A stretch of 61,668 bases of DNA, counting the filler. It is 4 parts of 4 records of this genome, joined end to end, with 100 filler letters (N's around TTAATTAATTAA, not from the genome) between each part and the next. Parts side by side here need not be neighbours in the genome. Positions count along the whole stretch, not along the records: positions 48,960 to 61,668 come from SRR20825006_1645; 3 more parts are not named here. The stretch is one strand, 5' to 3'. Positions within the stretch are counted from its first letter, which is position 1. Every line of letters starts with the position of its first letter. The notes beneath the pieces are model-generated. The model saw only the letters and a program-made list of their open reading frames with translations, searched no databases and had not been told where the DNA came from. This document shows positions 49,272 through 58,080 of this stretch, piece after piece. The translations under genes were made by a program, and so were the position numbers.

Positions 49272-49727
49272 ATGGAAGAAAAGGAAGCAAAGCAATTGCT
49301 CAAGGCGCATGATCTGCGCGCGACAAGCCAACGCCTCGCGGTCATCAAGGTGTTGGCCGCGAGCGAGAGGCCGCTCTCGTATTCAGAGGTGCTCGAACAG
49401 CTCGACTCGCAGGATTGCGATCCAGCGACGGTGTACCGAAACCTGGTCAAGCTCGAAGAGGCGGGGCTCGCGCAGATCGTGAGCAGAGCGGAGGGGATGG
49501 CGCGTTACGAGATGGTGCTCGACGCCAAACCTCACGAACACACGCATCCGCACTTTGTCTGTGTCGATTGTGGAGAGGTCTCGTGCTTGCCAGCATCGAG
49601 CATTCCGACGCTCGAAACCGACGCGAGGTGGTCGGACTCGGTCAAGCACGCGATGGTGCAGTTCCAGGGGAGCTGCCCGGACTGCCGGGAGCAGCCCGGA
49701 CAACTCCCCGAAACATCAGGAAAGTAG
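49272..49727 (+). CDS. Fur family transcriptional regulator (Zur-like)
   Basis: LRATSQR; ATVYRNL; HPHFVCVDCG; CPDC. Confidence 0.9.
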   Translation: MEEKEAKQLLKAHDLRATSQRLAVIKVLAASERPLSYSEVLEQLDSQDCDPATVYRNLVKLEEAGLAQIVSRAEGMARYEMVLDAKPHEHTHPHFVCVDCGEVSCLPASSIPTLETDARWSDSVKHAMVQFQGSCPDCREQPGQLPETSGK

Positions 49728-51143
49728 CGCGGACAGCGGGCCGCCACGCTCGACGCGATCTGGCTCGCCGCCAAAGTCATCGAGCGGATGCCCGGCCGCA
49801 TAGCCGAGCGTGTTGAAGAGGTTAGAGACGCGCGCGTTTCGCTCCTTGCCAAGCGTCGGGTAGAGCAGGCTGCGACCGCCCGTCTGGAGCCCGAGCTGCG
49901 AACCTCCAAGGACCAATGTCGGCCAGTTGTTCGCCTCGCTGTGGTGAGTCGAGCCGTTGTCAGACATGAACACGATGGCGGTGTGATCGAGCATCGTGCC
50001 GTCCCCTTCTGGAACCGCCGCGAGCTTCCTCGCCATCTCGGCGATCATCTCGACCTGGCGCTCGATCACGCGGTCGAGGACCTTCTGATAGACCGGATTT
50101 CCGCCAGCTTCATGGCAGACACCATGACGCCAGGGCACCTCACCCGAGAAGTCGCTGTCCTCCTGAAAGATCGAGGTCAGGCTCGTGTACTTGGTGTGGC
50201 TAAAGGAGTAGCCCACCGAGTTTGTCAGCAGGACCACGTTGGTCAGGTTGCCGAGCAACGCCGCGGTCGCGAGCCTGAACTGACCGTGCAACCTGCCAAG
50301 TGGATGCGCCACGTTGAGCGCGCTGCCATCATCCGGGTCGAGCCCTTCCTGCTCGGCCAACGCGCGCAAGGTGTCACCGGAGGCGACGAGGCGCGACTGC
50401 TGCTCGCGCAGCTCCTCGATAGCGGCCAGGTAGTTGTCGAGCTTCTGACGCTCCCTGGAACCTCCCGAGAACGTCTGCTGCACGCGCTTGACGTCTTCCT
50501 TTGCAAAATCGAGCAGATCCGCCTGAACCTCGAAGGCGCGACCGCCGCTGCCCGTGGCGATCGAGCCGAACAGGGTGGTGTGTCCGTCGGCGGGGTTAAC
50601 GATGATAGGCAACTGCCGCGCGCTGTTCTGGAGCGCGAAGTTGTACTGCAACTTCGCGCCAGCGCTCTCGGTGACACCGAGGCGCACCGCGGAGAATGGC
50701 TGGTCTGTGTGCAACCGATCGGCGAGCCATGCGTCGATGGTCTGGCTCCTCTCCTTCGAAGCAGAGAGCGCCTTGTACTCGGCGGTGTGACCGCCGCCCG
50801 CGATCTTGCTCGAGAGCGCGTTGATCGTCGCGGCGTGCGGCGTCAGGTCGAGCGCGCCGTTGCCACCAGCCAGCGAGGCGAGCGCAGGCGCAGATGCCAG
50901 ATCACCGCCGCTGACCTCGATCAGTGTTTCGTTATCGGGCTCGGCATCACGCGCCTGTCGCGTGAGCGGCGAGATAAAGTTATGCGGCTCGATCCCATTG
51001 CCGGTGACGACGATGACGATGCGGTGTGGGAGGATGCCTTGATCCTCTGCCCACACGCGACCGAGCAATGGCGTGAGCAACCCGGCGCCAGCGCCGAGGC
51101 CCACGGCCTGGAGGAAACGACGTCGTGAGAGTCTCATCTTCAC
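49716..51143 (-). CDS. DUF1552 family protein, Tat-exported
   Basis: SRRRFL Tat motif; KLDNYLAAIEEL; LAAVPEGDGTMLDHTAIVFMSDNG. Confidence 0.88.
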   Translation of the reverse strand: MKMRLSRRRFLQAVGLGAGAGLLTPLLGRVWAEDQGILPHRIVIVVTGNGIEPHNFISPLTRQARDAEPDNETLIEVSGGDLASAPALASLAGGNGALDLTPHAATINALSSKIAGGGHTAEYKALSASKERSQTIDAWLADRLHTDQPFSAVRLGVTESAGAKLQYNFALQNSARQLPIIVNPADGHTTLFGSIATGSGGRAFEVQADLLDFAKEDVKRVQQTFSGGSRERQKLDNYLAAIEELREQQSRLVASGDTLRALAEQEGLDPDDGSALNVAHPLGRLHGQFRLATAALLGNLTNVVLLTNSVGYSFSHTKYTSLTSIFQEDSDFSGEVPWRHGVCHEAGGNPVYQKVLDRVIERQVEMIAEMARKLAAVPEGDGTMLDHTAIVFMSDNGSTHHSEANNWPTLVLGGSQLGLQTGGRSLLYPTLGKERNARVSNLFNTLGYAAGHPLDDFGGEPDRVERGGPLSALLS

Positions 51144-53347
51144 TGTTCCACCTCCTCTTCGGGGATATGGCGGTAGAGGAACGCGTCGGACTGGAAGAGC
51201 GCGATGAGCATCTCGGTCATCGAACCATCGGAGTCATCGTAAGCCTGCTCCATCTGCTGGAGCGTGCACGCGTCGGCGTAGGTCTCGTTGCGGCCCATAA
51301 AGTAGCGGAAGGTCTGGCGTACGAAGCAGCGTTTGACGCGCGGTGAGCGTGAGAAATAACTCATCATATCGACCGCGTCGTCGACCTCCATGCCTGTCAT
51401 GAGGACCGGATCGCTCGAGGGAAACACCGTCAGCGTGGCGCTCCCATCTGGCGGGTTGCCGTGATCCTCGGCGCGGAAGAAGCCCGCGTGGTTGTAGGTC
51501 TCGAAGGCGTAGCCGAGCGGGTTCATGATCGAGTGACACCCGGAGCACTCCGGGTTGTTATCCAATTGACTGACCAACCTCGAGCGCGCCGAGTCCCCCT
51601 TGGTTTCTGGTGACAGCATCGCATCCACGGTGATCGGCACCGGAGGAATCAGTCCGCATAACATCTCCTCGTAAACCCACTTGCCGCGGTGAATCGCGCT
51701 CGGGTCATTCTCGAAGTTGCCTCCGTGCGCGGCGAGCCACGCGGGGTGCGTCAACACGCCCGCGCGCTGTTCTTCGGGAAGCTCCACCCAGCGGCTCGGC
51801 AAGTCATCAGGAATCTCGCCGCTCTCGTAGACGTCGATGTCATACACGATGGCGCTATAGGGGTTGGCGTTGCTGGCCGATGGCAGCAGGTAGCGCCGCG
51901 TCGTGAGCAAGGTCTCCAACACCTTCGTGTCTGCGGCGACCACTCGAGCGATGGTGTCATCCAGGAAACCCGCGAGGTTAGCGGACTTGTAGGCGTTATC
52001 CACGTAGCGCGTGTGTCGGTAGTTTAGCGCGTTGCCATCAGGGTGATGCGGCAGGAAGCGATCCTTTGTTTCAAAGCGCGAGGTCGCCGCGGGCGTGTCC
52101 TTGAACACCGAGGCGGCGTCCGCGTAACCGAGCCACTCCTGGAAGAAGCGCTCGAGCTTTGGCGACATCCAGTACTCGTCGATGAACCCGCTCGAACCAG
52201 GCGGATAATCACTGGCCTGATCATCGGGGTACATCGTGGCAGGATCGGTGCCCGAGAGGTAGCGGCGCGTCAGCGTCGCGATGACCTCCGGGTCCGAGAT
52301 CGTGCCGTCGATGGCGGCTTGCTGCACGTCGTGCAACATCACCTTGTGGACGATCGAGTCATTGCCATAGCCAGACTTGGAGAGGCCCGTGGCAGAATCA
52401 CCGAGCGCGAGCGAGAGGGACTTCGCGAGCTCCCAGTCGGTCAGCTTTCTTCGACCATCGGGCCCAGGCTCGCCGCCGATCTCACTGCGAAAGATCGCTG
52501 GCGAGGTCATCCACGCCGCGCGCACGACGACATCGATGGTGTCGCGGCGATCGATCTCGGGGTTGGCCTTCTCCTTGACGAGCTGCTCCTTGGTGAAGGC
52601 GACGAGCTGGTCGACCTCTCCAGGGGTCGCAGGGCGAAAGTAAACGCCATGCTCGAGCAGCGCGGTCACGAAGGTCTGGATGCATTCATCCGAGGGGTCC
52701 TCCTCCACTGGCTGATCATTCCAGTTCCACTGGAAGCAGCGCACCGTGCCAGCCAAGCTCCCCTCGCCGCGCAGGTTCACCAACCTCGGGTGACCGTTTC
52801 CGGAATGGACCTTCCAAGAACCTGCCGGGTTGTGGTTCTGACGCAGATACTCCTGCAAGATCGAGGAATCGATCGTCTCGCCATCCGAATACGTCGAGTA
52901 AGGATGCGAGGTTCCAGGTAAGAAGGGGACGAGGTTGCCAGCGCTGTGCCGGATGCTCTGCGCCCACTCGAAGCTCTCGACGCGGCGAATCCTCGCGGGC
53001 GAAGAGCCCGCGCTCCCATCACACATGAACAGCTTGTCCTGATCGAGCGTGTTGGGGTGTGGAGGTTCGCTCGGCCCTGGCGGCTGGCCCATATCCCCAG
53101 GCATCGACGCCATGTCTGTGGGCGTCGAGGACATGTCTCCAGACGGAGCGCTCATGTCGCCCTGGCCGGGAGGAGTGGTTTGTGTGGGGGATTGGTCCTG
53201 ACCGGTGGCCATATCCATGGTGGAGGACGGAGGTTGTGTCTGTGAGGGCTCGACCCCTCGTTGACCCAACTCTCCCGTGCATCCCCAGAGCGTGGCGAGG
53301 CCACAACAAAGGAGCCATTTCGCACAAGGTCTGGTGTGTGCGCTCAC
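51140..53347 (-). CDS. DUF1592/DUF1588/DUF1585 family lipoprotein with CxxCH
   Basis: Lipobox LWGC; SPAIFRSE; LTDWELA; RAGVLTHPAWL; SAIHRG; CSGCH...NPLGYAFE; GTG start at 53347 with GAGGTG RBS. Confidence 0.88.
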   Translation of the reverse strand: MSAHTRPCAKWLLCCGLATLWGCTGELGQRGVEPSQTQPPSSTMDMATGQDQSPTQTTPPGQGDMSAPSGDMSSTPTDMASMPGDMGQPPGPSEPPHPNTLDQDKLFMCDGSAGSSPARIRRVESFEWAQSIRHSAGNLVPFLPGTSHPYSTYSDGETIDSSILQEYLRQNHNPAGSWKVHSGNGHPRLVNLRGEGSLAGTVRCFQWNWNDQPVEEDPSDECIQTFVTALLEHGVYFRPATPGEVDQLVAFTKEQLVKEKANPEIDRRDTIDVVVRAAWMTSPAIFRSEIGGEPGPDGRRKLTDWELAKSLSLALGDSATGLSKSGYGNDSIVHKVMLHDVQQAAIDGTISDPEVIATLTRRYLSGTDPATMYPDDQASDYPPGSSGFIDEYWMSPKLERFFQEWLGYADAASVFKDTPAATSRFETKDRFLPHHPDGNALNYRHTRYVDNAYKSANLAGFLDDTIARVVAADTKVLETLLTTRRYLLPSASNANPYSAIVYDIDVYESGEIPDDLPSRWVELPEEQRAGVLTHPAWLAAHGGNFENDPSAIHRGKWVYEEMLCGLIPPVPITVDAMLSPETKGDSARSRLVSQLDNNPECSGCHSIMNPLGYAFETYNHAGFFRAEDHGNPPDGSATLTVFPSSDPVLMTGMEVDDAVDMMSYFSRSPRVKRCFVRQTFRYFMGRNETYADACTLQQMEQAYDDSDGSMTEMLIALFQSDAFLYRHIPEEEVEQ

Positions 53348-53519
53348 GAACACCTCGCGGGAGTATGTGCAGCAAAGGAAACGTCTTTGCACCACCCCCC
53401 AAAACGGTGATTCGACCACAAGTGTACCGCTTCAAGTTAGCAATAACCTGTGATTTTTAAAACCTGTGTTCGATCAGCGGGTGTCGAAGAGGTGCTTTCG
53501 GACCCTCTCGAATCTTCGC

Positions 53520-53903
53520 TCAATCGCACCCGGGGAAGTGGTCGACGAACTGGACCTTGTAATCGGGGAAATGATCCACGAACTGGACCTTGTAGTCGGG
53601 GAAGTGATCGACCTTCTTCCACTCGCCAGGATCATCGGGGAAATGATCGACCCACTTGACCTTGATATCGGGGAAGTGGTCGACCTTCTGGATCTTGACG
53701 TCGGGGAAGTTGTCCACGACCTGGATCTTGCCGAACAGCTTGCACTTGGAGGGGACGTTGCTGGCCTGCGCCTCGCGGCACGCCGCCAACTCCAGCGCGA
53801 AGCGCTCCTGTTTGGTCAGCGAGTCGTAGCTTCGCTCGATGTGCACTGGCGCCAACGTGGCGAGGAGCACCGCAGCGGTAAGGATAAGAGAAGACTTCTT
53901 CAT
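53520..53903 (-). CDS. Secreted repeat protein resembling the 7_1 (septoil) knot family
   Basis: Signal-like MKKSSLILTAAVLLA; six xKVxxVDHFPD-type repeats with central GEW; family assignment from recalled similarity. Confidence 0.75.
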   Translation of the reverse strand: MKKSSLILTAAVLLATLAPVHIERSYDSLTKQERFALELAACREAQASNVPSKCKLFGKIQVVDNFPDVKIQKVDHFPDIKVKWVDHFPDDPGEWKKVDHFPDYKVQFVDHFPDYKVQFVDHFPGCD

Positions 53904-53992
53904 AAACTCGCACCCCGTGTATAAGACATCAGCTTTGACGCCGGCTATCCTCTCATAATTCAACGAGAAGCACACGTCGTGTGGCGAACCAC

Positions 53993-54130
53993 TGGCGATA
54001 CACCGGCGCGAAGGGGGCGCGGTTTTTGAAGGCGGACTGGCAAAAGAAAGGCGCCTCGGGGCATCCCCCGAAGCGCCCCTGTTTTGGCCTGGCGATGATA
54101 AAAACCGCGCCCCCTTCGCGCTGGGCGCCA
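53993..54130. repeat. Long intergenic inverted repeat / hairpin element
   Basis: Perfect 22-nt arms 54006-54027 and 54100-54121, with further inner and outer pairing. Confidence 0.85.
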
Positions 54131-54176
54131 GCATGTGCGGACCGCGCTTCGAGACGCCGGAAAATAGCGCGTGCGC

Positions 54177-54707
54177 TCAGGAGATCGAAGACACGGTCTC
54201 TGGTCCGATGACCTCGATCGCGTAGCCGTCGGGGTCCGTGATAAACGCGAGCCCCTTCATCCCGCCCTGGTCAGGCTTCTTGGTGAAGTTCACGCCGAGC
54301 TCTTCGAAGCGCTCGCAGGCGGCCTCGAGGTCGGGGACGTTGATGCAGATGTGGCCGTACCCTTTCGGGTCGCTGTTGCCGTTGTGATACCCCTCGAAGT
54401 CATCGTCATCCTCGGTGCCCCAGTTGTGGGTGAGTTCGAGGACGCTCTGACGAGAGAACATCTGGCGAAGTTGGCCATCCTGCTCTTTTGGCGCGGCGGC
54501 GCGTTCAGCAGGAGATGTGTAACCGAGGTAATAATTGGTGAAGGAGAACTGCTCGATATCGAGCGTGGCGAGCAGCGTCATCCCGAGGATGCGCGTGTAG
54601 AAGTCGAGCGAGACCTCGGGATCGCGCACGCGCATCATCACGTGGTTAAAGACGTAGCCATGGGTGGCGGGATCTGGATTTTTGGAGAAGTCGGGTTGTT
54701 GGCTCAT
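54177..54707 (-). CDS. gloA: Lactoylglutathione lyase (glyoxalase I)
   Basis: NHVMMRVRDPEVSLDFY; LELTHNWGTE; YHNGNSDPKGYGHI; AFITDPDGYAIEV. Confidence 0.95.
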   Translation of the reverse strand: MSQQPDFSKNPDPATHGYVFNHVMMRVRDPEVSLDFYTRILGMTLLATLDIEQFSFTNYYLGYTSPAERAAAPKEQDGQLRQMFSRQSVLELTHNWGTEDDDDFEGYHNGNSDPKGYGHICINVPDLEAACERFEELGVNFTKKPDQGGMKGLAFITDPDGYAIEVIGPETVSSIS

Positions 54708-54803
54708 CGGTTCGGGCTCCTTGCCTGAGGGTGAGGTTCGCGAAAGAGGTCATTGACGCGGGCGCCGATCAACCTGCACACGATGAGCCAAACGTCGAGC
54801 CCT

Positions 54804-55949
54804 TCAGAGCTCGTAGAAGTATCCGAGCATGATCACGCCCTTCTCGCTCACGAGCGCCTCGTAAACCCATGCATCGTTCTCGTTCTCATCAGGGAGGAGG
54901 TTGAGCGAGACAACCCTGGCGTCAGGCTCTTCGCCAAAGAAGTAATCGCGCGTGAACGCGTCGATATCTGCGAGCACGTCGGCGTAACGCTTCATACGTT
55001 GGAGGAGGTCTTGCCAGCCTTGAACCTCTCCATCATCCCACTCCCACTCGTCGGTCAGCTCGGGAGGTTCGCCGCCACTGGCGAGCCAGCGCGTGAGGTG
55101 CTCGAAGTCTGCGGGGCAAAGCCCTCCAGCAAAGTCTTCTTGCTCGCTGACGTAGTCGAGGAAGCCCTCGAGGGATGTGCTTGCGGTGAAGGTGCCGACC
55201 TCCTGGGCGATCTCGTCCAGGTAGCTCTCGCGCTCGTTCGGCGACCAGTCTGGCTTCCACCAGGAGTAGCGATCGCGCCCTTCCCACCCGAAGCCCTCGG
55301 CGACCGCACCGATCCTTCTGGGGTCATCGAGGATCGCCTGTGAGGCGCCATCGTTGGAGTCGAACGCGCGCATGACGTGGAGCGAGCGCCTGGGAGAACC
55401 ACCCCAATCACGCGAAGCGCGCAATCTGTTGTAGAGCGCATCACTGTTGGCGTTGGCGACGAGCGCGCCACCTTCGATCGCGACAAAGTCTTGCCCCTTG
55501 TAGCGTTCGGCGAGCACAGCGCGGTGTTCTATCTCGCGCTGTGCGATCGCTTCGCGCGCGGACGCGACGAGATCAGGTGTGGAGATCTGCTCGACGAGCT
55601 TGTTCGCCTGGGCCAACTCGGCGCGCTCGAGCAAGGATCGAAGCTCGCCGTAGCGTTGCTTATCGAGCTCCATCTGCGCGCGACGCTCGGCGGCCTTTGC
55701 CTCCTCCTCGGCTTGTTTTGCCTGTGCGGCGGCGGCTTGCTCGGCGGCGAGCTGATCTCTGGCGTCCTTTTTCTTCTGCTCGTGGGCATCGATCGCGGCG
55801 AGGAGCTCGACGCGTAGGTCGTCGGGGATCTCGTCGCGCGCGCAGAACGCGCGCGCTCGCTCGACCTGGTCCTTATCGAGGAGGGTTTGCAAGAAAGAGC
55901 GCGAGCGCTTCTCGACCACGCTCGTCGGTGCTGTCCAACGCGATGCCAT
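54804..55949 (-). CDS. Hypothetical protein (coiled-coil N-terminus, acidic C-terminal domain)
   Basis: 381-aa ORF co-oriented with neighbours; no recognised family. Confidence 0.65.
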   Translation of the reverse strand: MASRWTAPTSVVEKRSRSFLQTLLDKDQVERARAFCARDEIPDDLRVELLAAIDAHEQKKKDARDQLAAEQAAAAQAKQAEEEAKAAERRAQMELDKQRYGELRSLLERAELAQANKLVEQISTPDLVASAREAIAQREIEHRAVLAERYKGQDFVAIEGGALVANANSDALYNRLRASRDWGGSPRRSLHVMRAFDSNDGASQAILDDPRRIGAVAEGFGWEGRDRYSWWKPDWSPNERESYLDEIAQEVGTFTASTSLEGFLDYVSEQEDFAGGLCPADFEHLTRWLASGGEPPELTDEWEWDDGEVQGWQDLLQRMKRYADVLADIDAFTRDYFFGEEPDARVVSLNLLPDENENDAWVYEALVSEKGVIMLGYFYEL

Positions 55950-55999
55950 GAGAACTCTCGGTCGCTGTGATGTTTTTAAAGGGGGTTCGAGTCCGCGCG

Positions 56000-56557
56000 T
56001 CAGCCAGGGAGTTCTTCGGGCGATTTGCCTCCGTTTTCGCCTCCGCTGCCGCCGTCATCATCCTCTTCGGGTTGATCCTTTGCCCAGAACTCAGGAGAGA
56101 GCGCGACGAGGAAGACGCCGAGCATGATCCAGACATCGGCCACGTTGAAGATGCCCGTGCGCAGGGTCCCGATCCCGATGTTGAGGAAGTCGGTGACGCC
56201 ACCATCGAAGACGGCGCGATCGATGAGGTTCCCGATGCCGCCGCTCAAGATCAGCGAGAAGGCAAAGAGCGCGAGGTTGCTCAACGTCGGCCTGCGAAGC
56301 AGCCAAACAAGCAGCCCGACCATAAACAGCGTGGTCAGGCCGATAAAGAGGAGCGTGCGCATCTCCTCGGAGAGCGTCGCGCCGAGCCCGAGGAACGCGC
56401 CATGGTTCTCGGCGTAGGTGAGGCGAAAGGTGTCCCCGAGGTAGGAGAGTGTCCCTCGACCTTCGAGGTGCTGTCTGGCAGCCTCCTTGGTCACCTGGTC
56501 ACAGCCAATCCCACCGAAAATCACCAGCAAAACGAGCGCTAACTTACCGCGTTTCAT
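56000..56557 (-). CDS. lspA: Lipoprotein signal peptidase II
   Basis: DQVTK; ENHGAFLG; GGIGNLIDR; VTDFL; FNVAD; start placed at MKRGK. Confidence 0.95.
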   Translation of the reverse strand: MKRGKLALVLLVIFGGIGCDQVTKEAARQHLEGRGTLSYLGDTFRLTYAENHGAFLGLGATLSEEMRTLLFIGLTTLFMVGLLVWLLRRPTLSNLALFAFSLILSGGIGNLIDRAVFDGGVTDFLNIGIGTLRTGIFNVADVWIMLGVFLVALSPEFWAKDQPEEDDDGGSGGENGGKSPEELPG

Positions 56558-56702
56558 CGTCCTCTTATCCTGCCTTCGGCCCGCTCTGGAGCCCGAGCGT
56601 GATGGTATACCGAGGGGTGCATCCCTCGATGGCCACACTAACGGAAACAGCCACACAATTCGAGCGCTTTCCCTCGCGCTCCTCGCATTCATCAGACCCC
56701 GA

Positions 56703-57851
56703 TCACGCGGCCTCTCTGCGAGGTTTCGAGAGCACCAAAACGAGCACCGCGCAAAGGATCATCGCGAACAACGGGAACAGCTCGGCGACCTGGGAGCCGA
56801 AGGTCGACTTCGAGACGCTCCCGAGCAGCGGCAAGAAGAACCCCGCCACGCCGCCCATCGCCCCGACCAGACCTCCCACAGCGCCCACATTCTCGGGGAA
56901 GCACTCCGGGATGTATTTGTAGGTCGCGCCCATGCCGATCCCCATCGCGATCGCCGAGAGGAAGATCAAGGTCACCGTCGGCCAGAGCGGCAGCGTGAGC
57001 AGCACGGGCGCCATGAATAACGCCGTCAGCAGCAAAGAAATGCCCAGGACAGGTCGGGCGCCAAACTTATCCGAGAGGCTCCCGCCCGGAACGCGCGAAG
57101 CGGCGGCGGTCAGCGTGAACGAGGTCGCCATGATCCCGGCCGTCTTCATCCCCACGCCGTAGCGCTCGATGTAGAGGTCGCCAAAGCAGAGCGCGCCCGC
57201 GACGAACACGCCAAAGGTCGCCATATAATAGATGCCAAACGCCCACGTGCGACGATCGAGGATCGGACTGAGCAGTGATTTTAGCGACGGTGATACCCCC
57301 TGGCGCTCGACATCGCGCACGCCAAACCAGTACGCCACCGCGCTCGCGGCGAGCAGCACGGCGTAGACGCGAAAGGAGTCTCTCCAGCCGAGCTGCTCCA
57401 GCAGCAGCGGCATCAACAGCGTCGAGAACGCGGTGCCCGCGGTCCCGAAGCCAAAGATCCCCAGCGCGACCCCCTGCCTGGATGCAGGTGACCAGGAGGA
57501 GACGGACTGGACGCCGACGACAAAGGTCGTGCCGACGACGCCCATCAGGACGCCTCCGACCAGGAGCTGTGTGGCGCTCGTGGCGAACGAGAGCGCGGCG
57601 ACCGAGATGGCGCCGACGACGAGCAAGGTGGTGAACACGAGCCTGGCGCCAAGCCGATCAGTGAACACACCGATCGGCGCGCGCAGGAGCGATCCTGTCA
57701 GGATCGGCGCAGCCTTGAGCCAGACGGCCATGCCTTCACTGATTTGAAGATCTTGTGAAATCACGCGGACCGAGGGGCCAAACATCACCCACGCCGCGAA
57801 CGCGATCAGGAAACCGAGGGTATTCACCACGAGGATCTTGCGAGGCAACAT
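56703..57851 (-). CDS. NarK/NasA-like MFS nitrate/nitrite transporter
   Basis: FAAWVMFGP; LTGSLLRAPIG; YMATFG; GLVGAMGGVAGFF. Confidence 0.85.
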   Translation of the reverse strand: MLPRKILVVNTLGFLIAFAAWVMFGPSVRVISQDLQISEGMAVWLKAAPILTGSLLRAPIGVFTDRLGARLVFTTLLVVGAISVAALSFATSATQLLVGGVLMGVVGTTFVVGVQSVSSWSPASRQGVALGIFGFGTAGTAFSTLLMPLLLEQLGWRDSFRVYAVLLAASAVAYWFGVRDVERQGVSPSLKSLLSPILDRRTWAFGIYYMATFGVFVAGALCFGDLYIERYGVGMKTAGIMATSFTLTAAASRVPGGSLSDKFGARPVLGISLLLTALFMAPVLLTLPLWPTVTLIFLSAIAMGIGMGATYKYIPECFPENVGAVGGLVGAMGGVAGFFLPLLGSVSKSTFGSQVAELFPLFAMILCAVLVLVLSKPRREAA

Positions 57852-58080
57852 CTCTCGAGGATGGGAAGGGTTCAACGCGATAACTCCGAGCAACGAACAA
57901 GGGGACAAAAAGCGCCCGATGCTAACCAGCCACGCCGCTCGTGTCCAACGACGGCGCGTTGTTTTTTCCGTCCTCTGCGAGGTTCACGGCGAGACTTTCC
58001 ACAAACTCGAAATCGTGCAAAAACCTCGTTCGTGCTCCGTGGCCTCCGGCATCGATCACCCTCATGAAAAAGGGCTCCTC

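Noticed and set aside
53525-53720. Roughly 33-nt periodic GGGGAAGTGGTCGAC-like repeats resembling a CRISPR array
   Set aside because: They are in-frame coding repeats with synonymous variation, no unique spacers and no cas genes.
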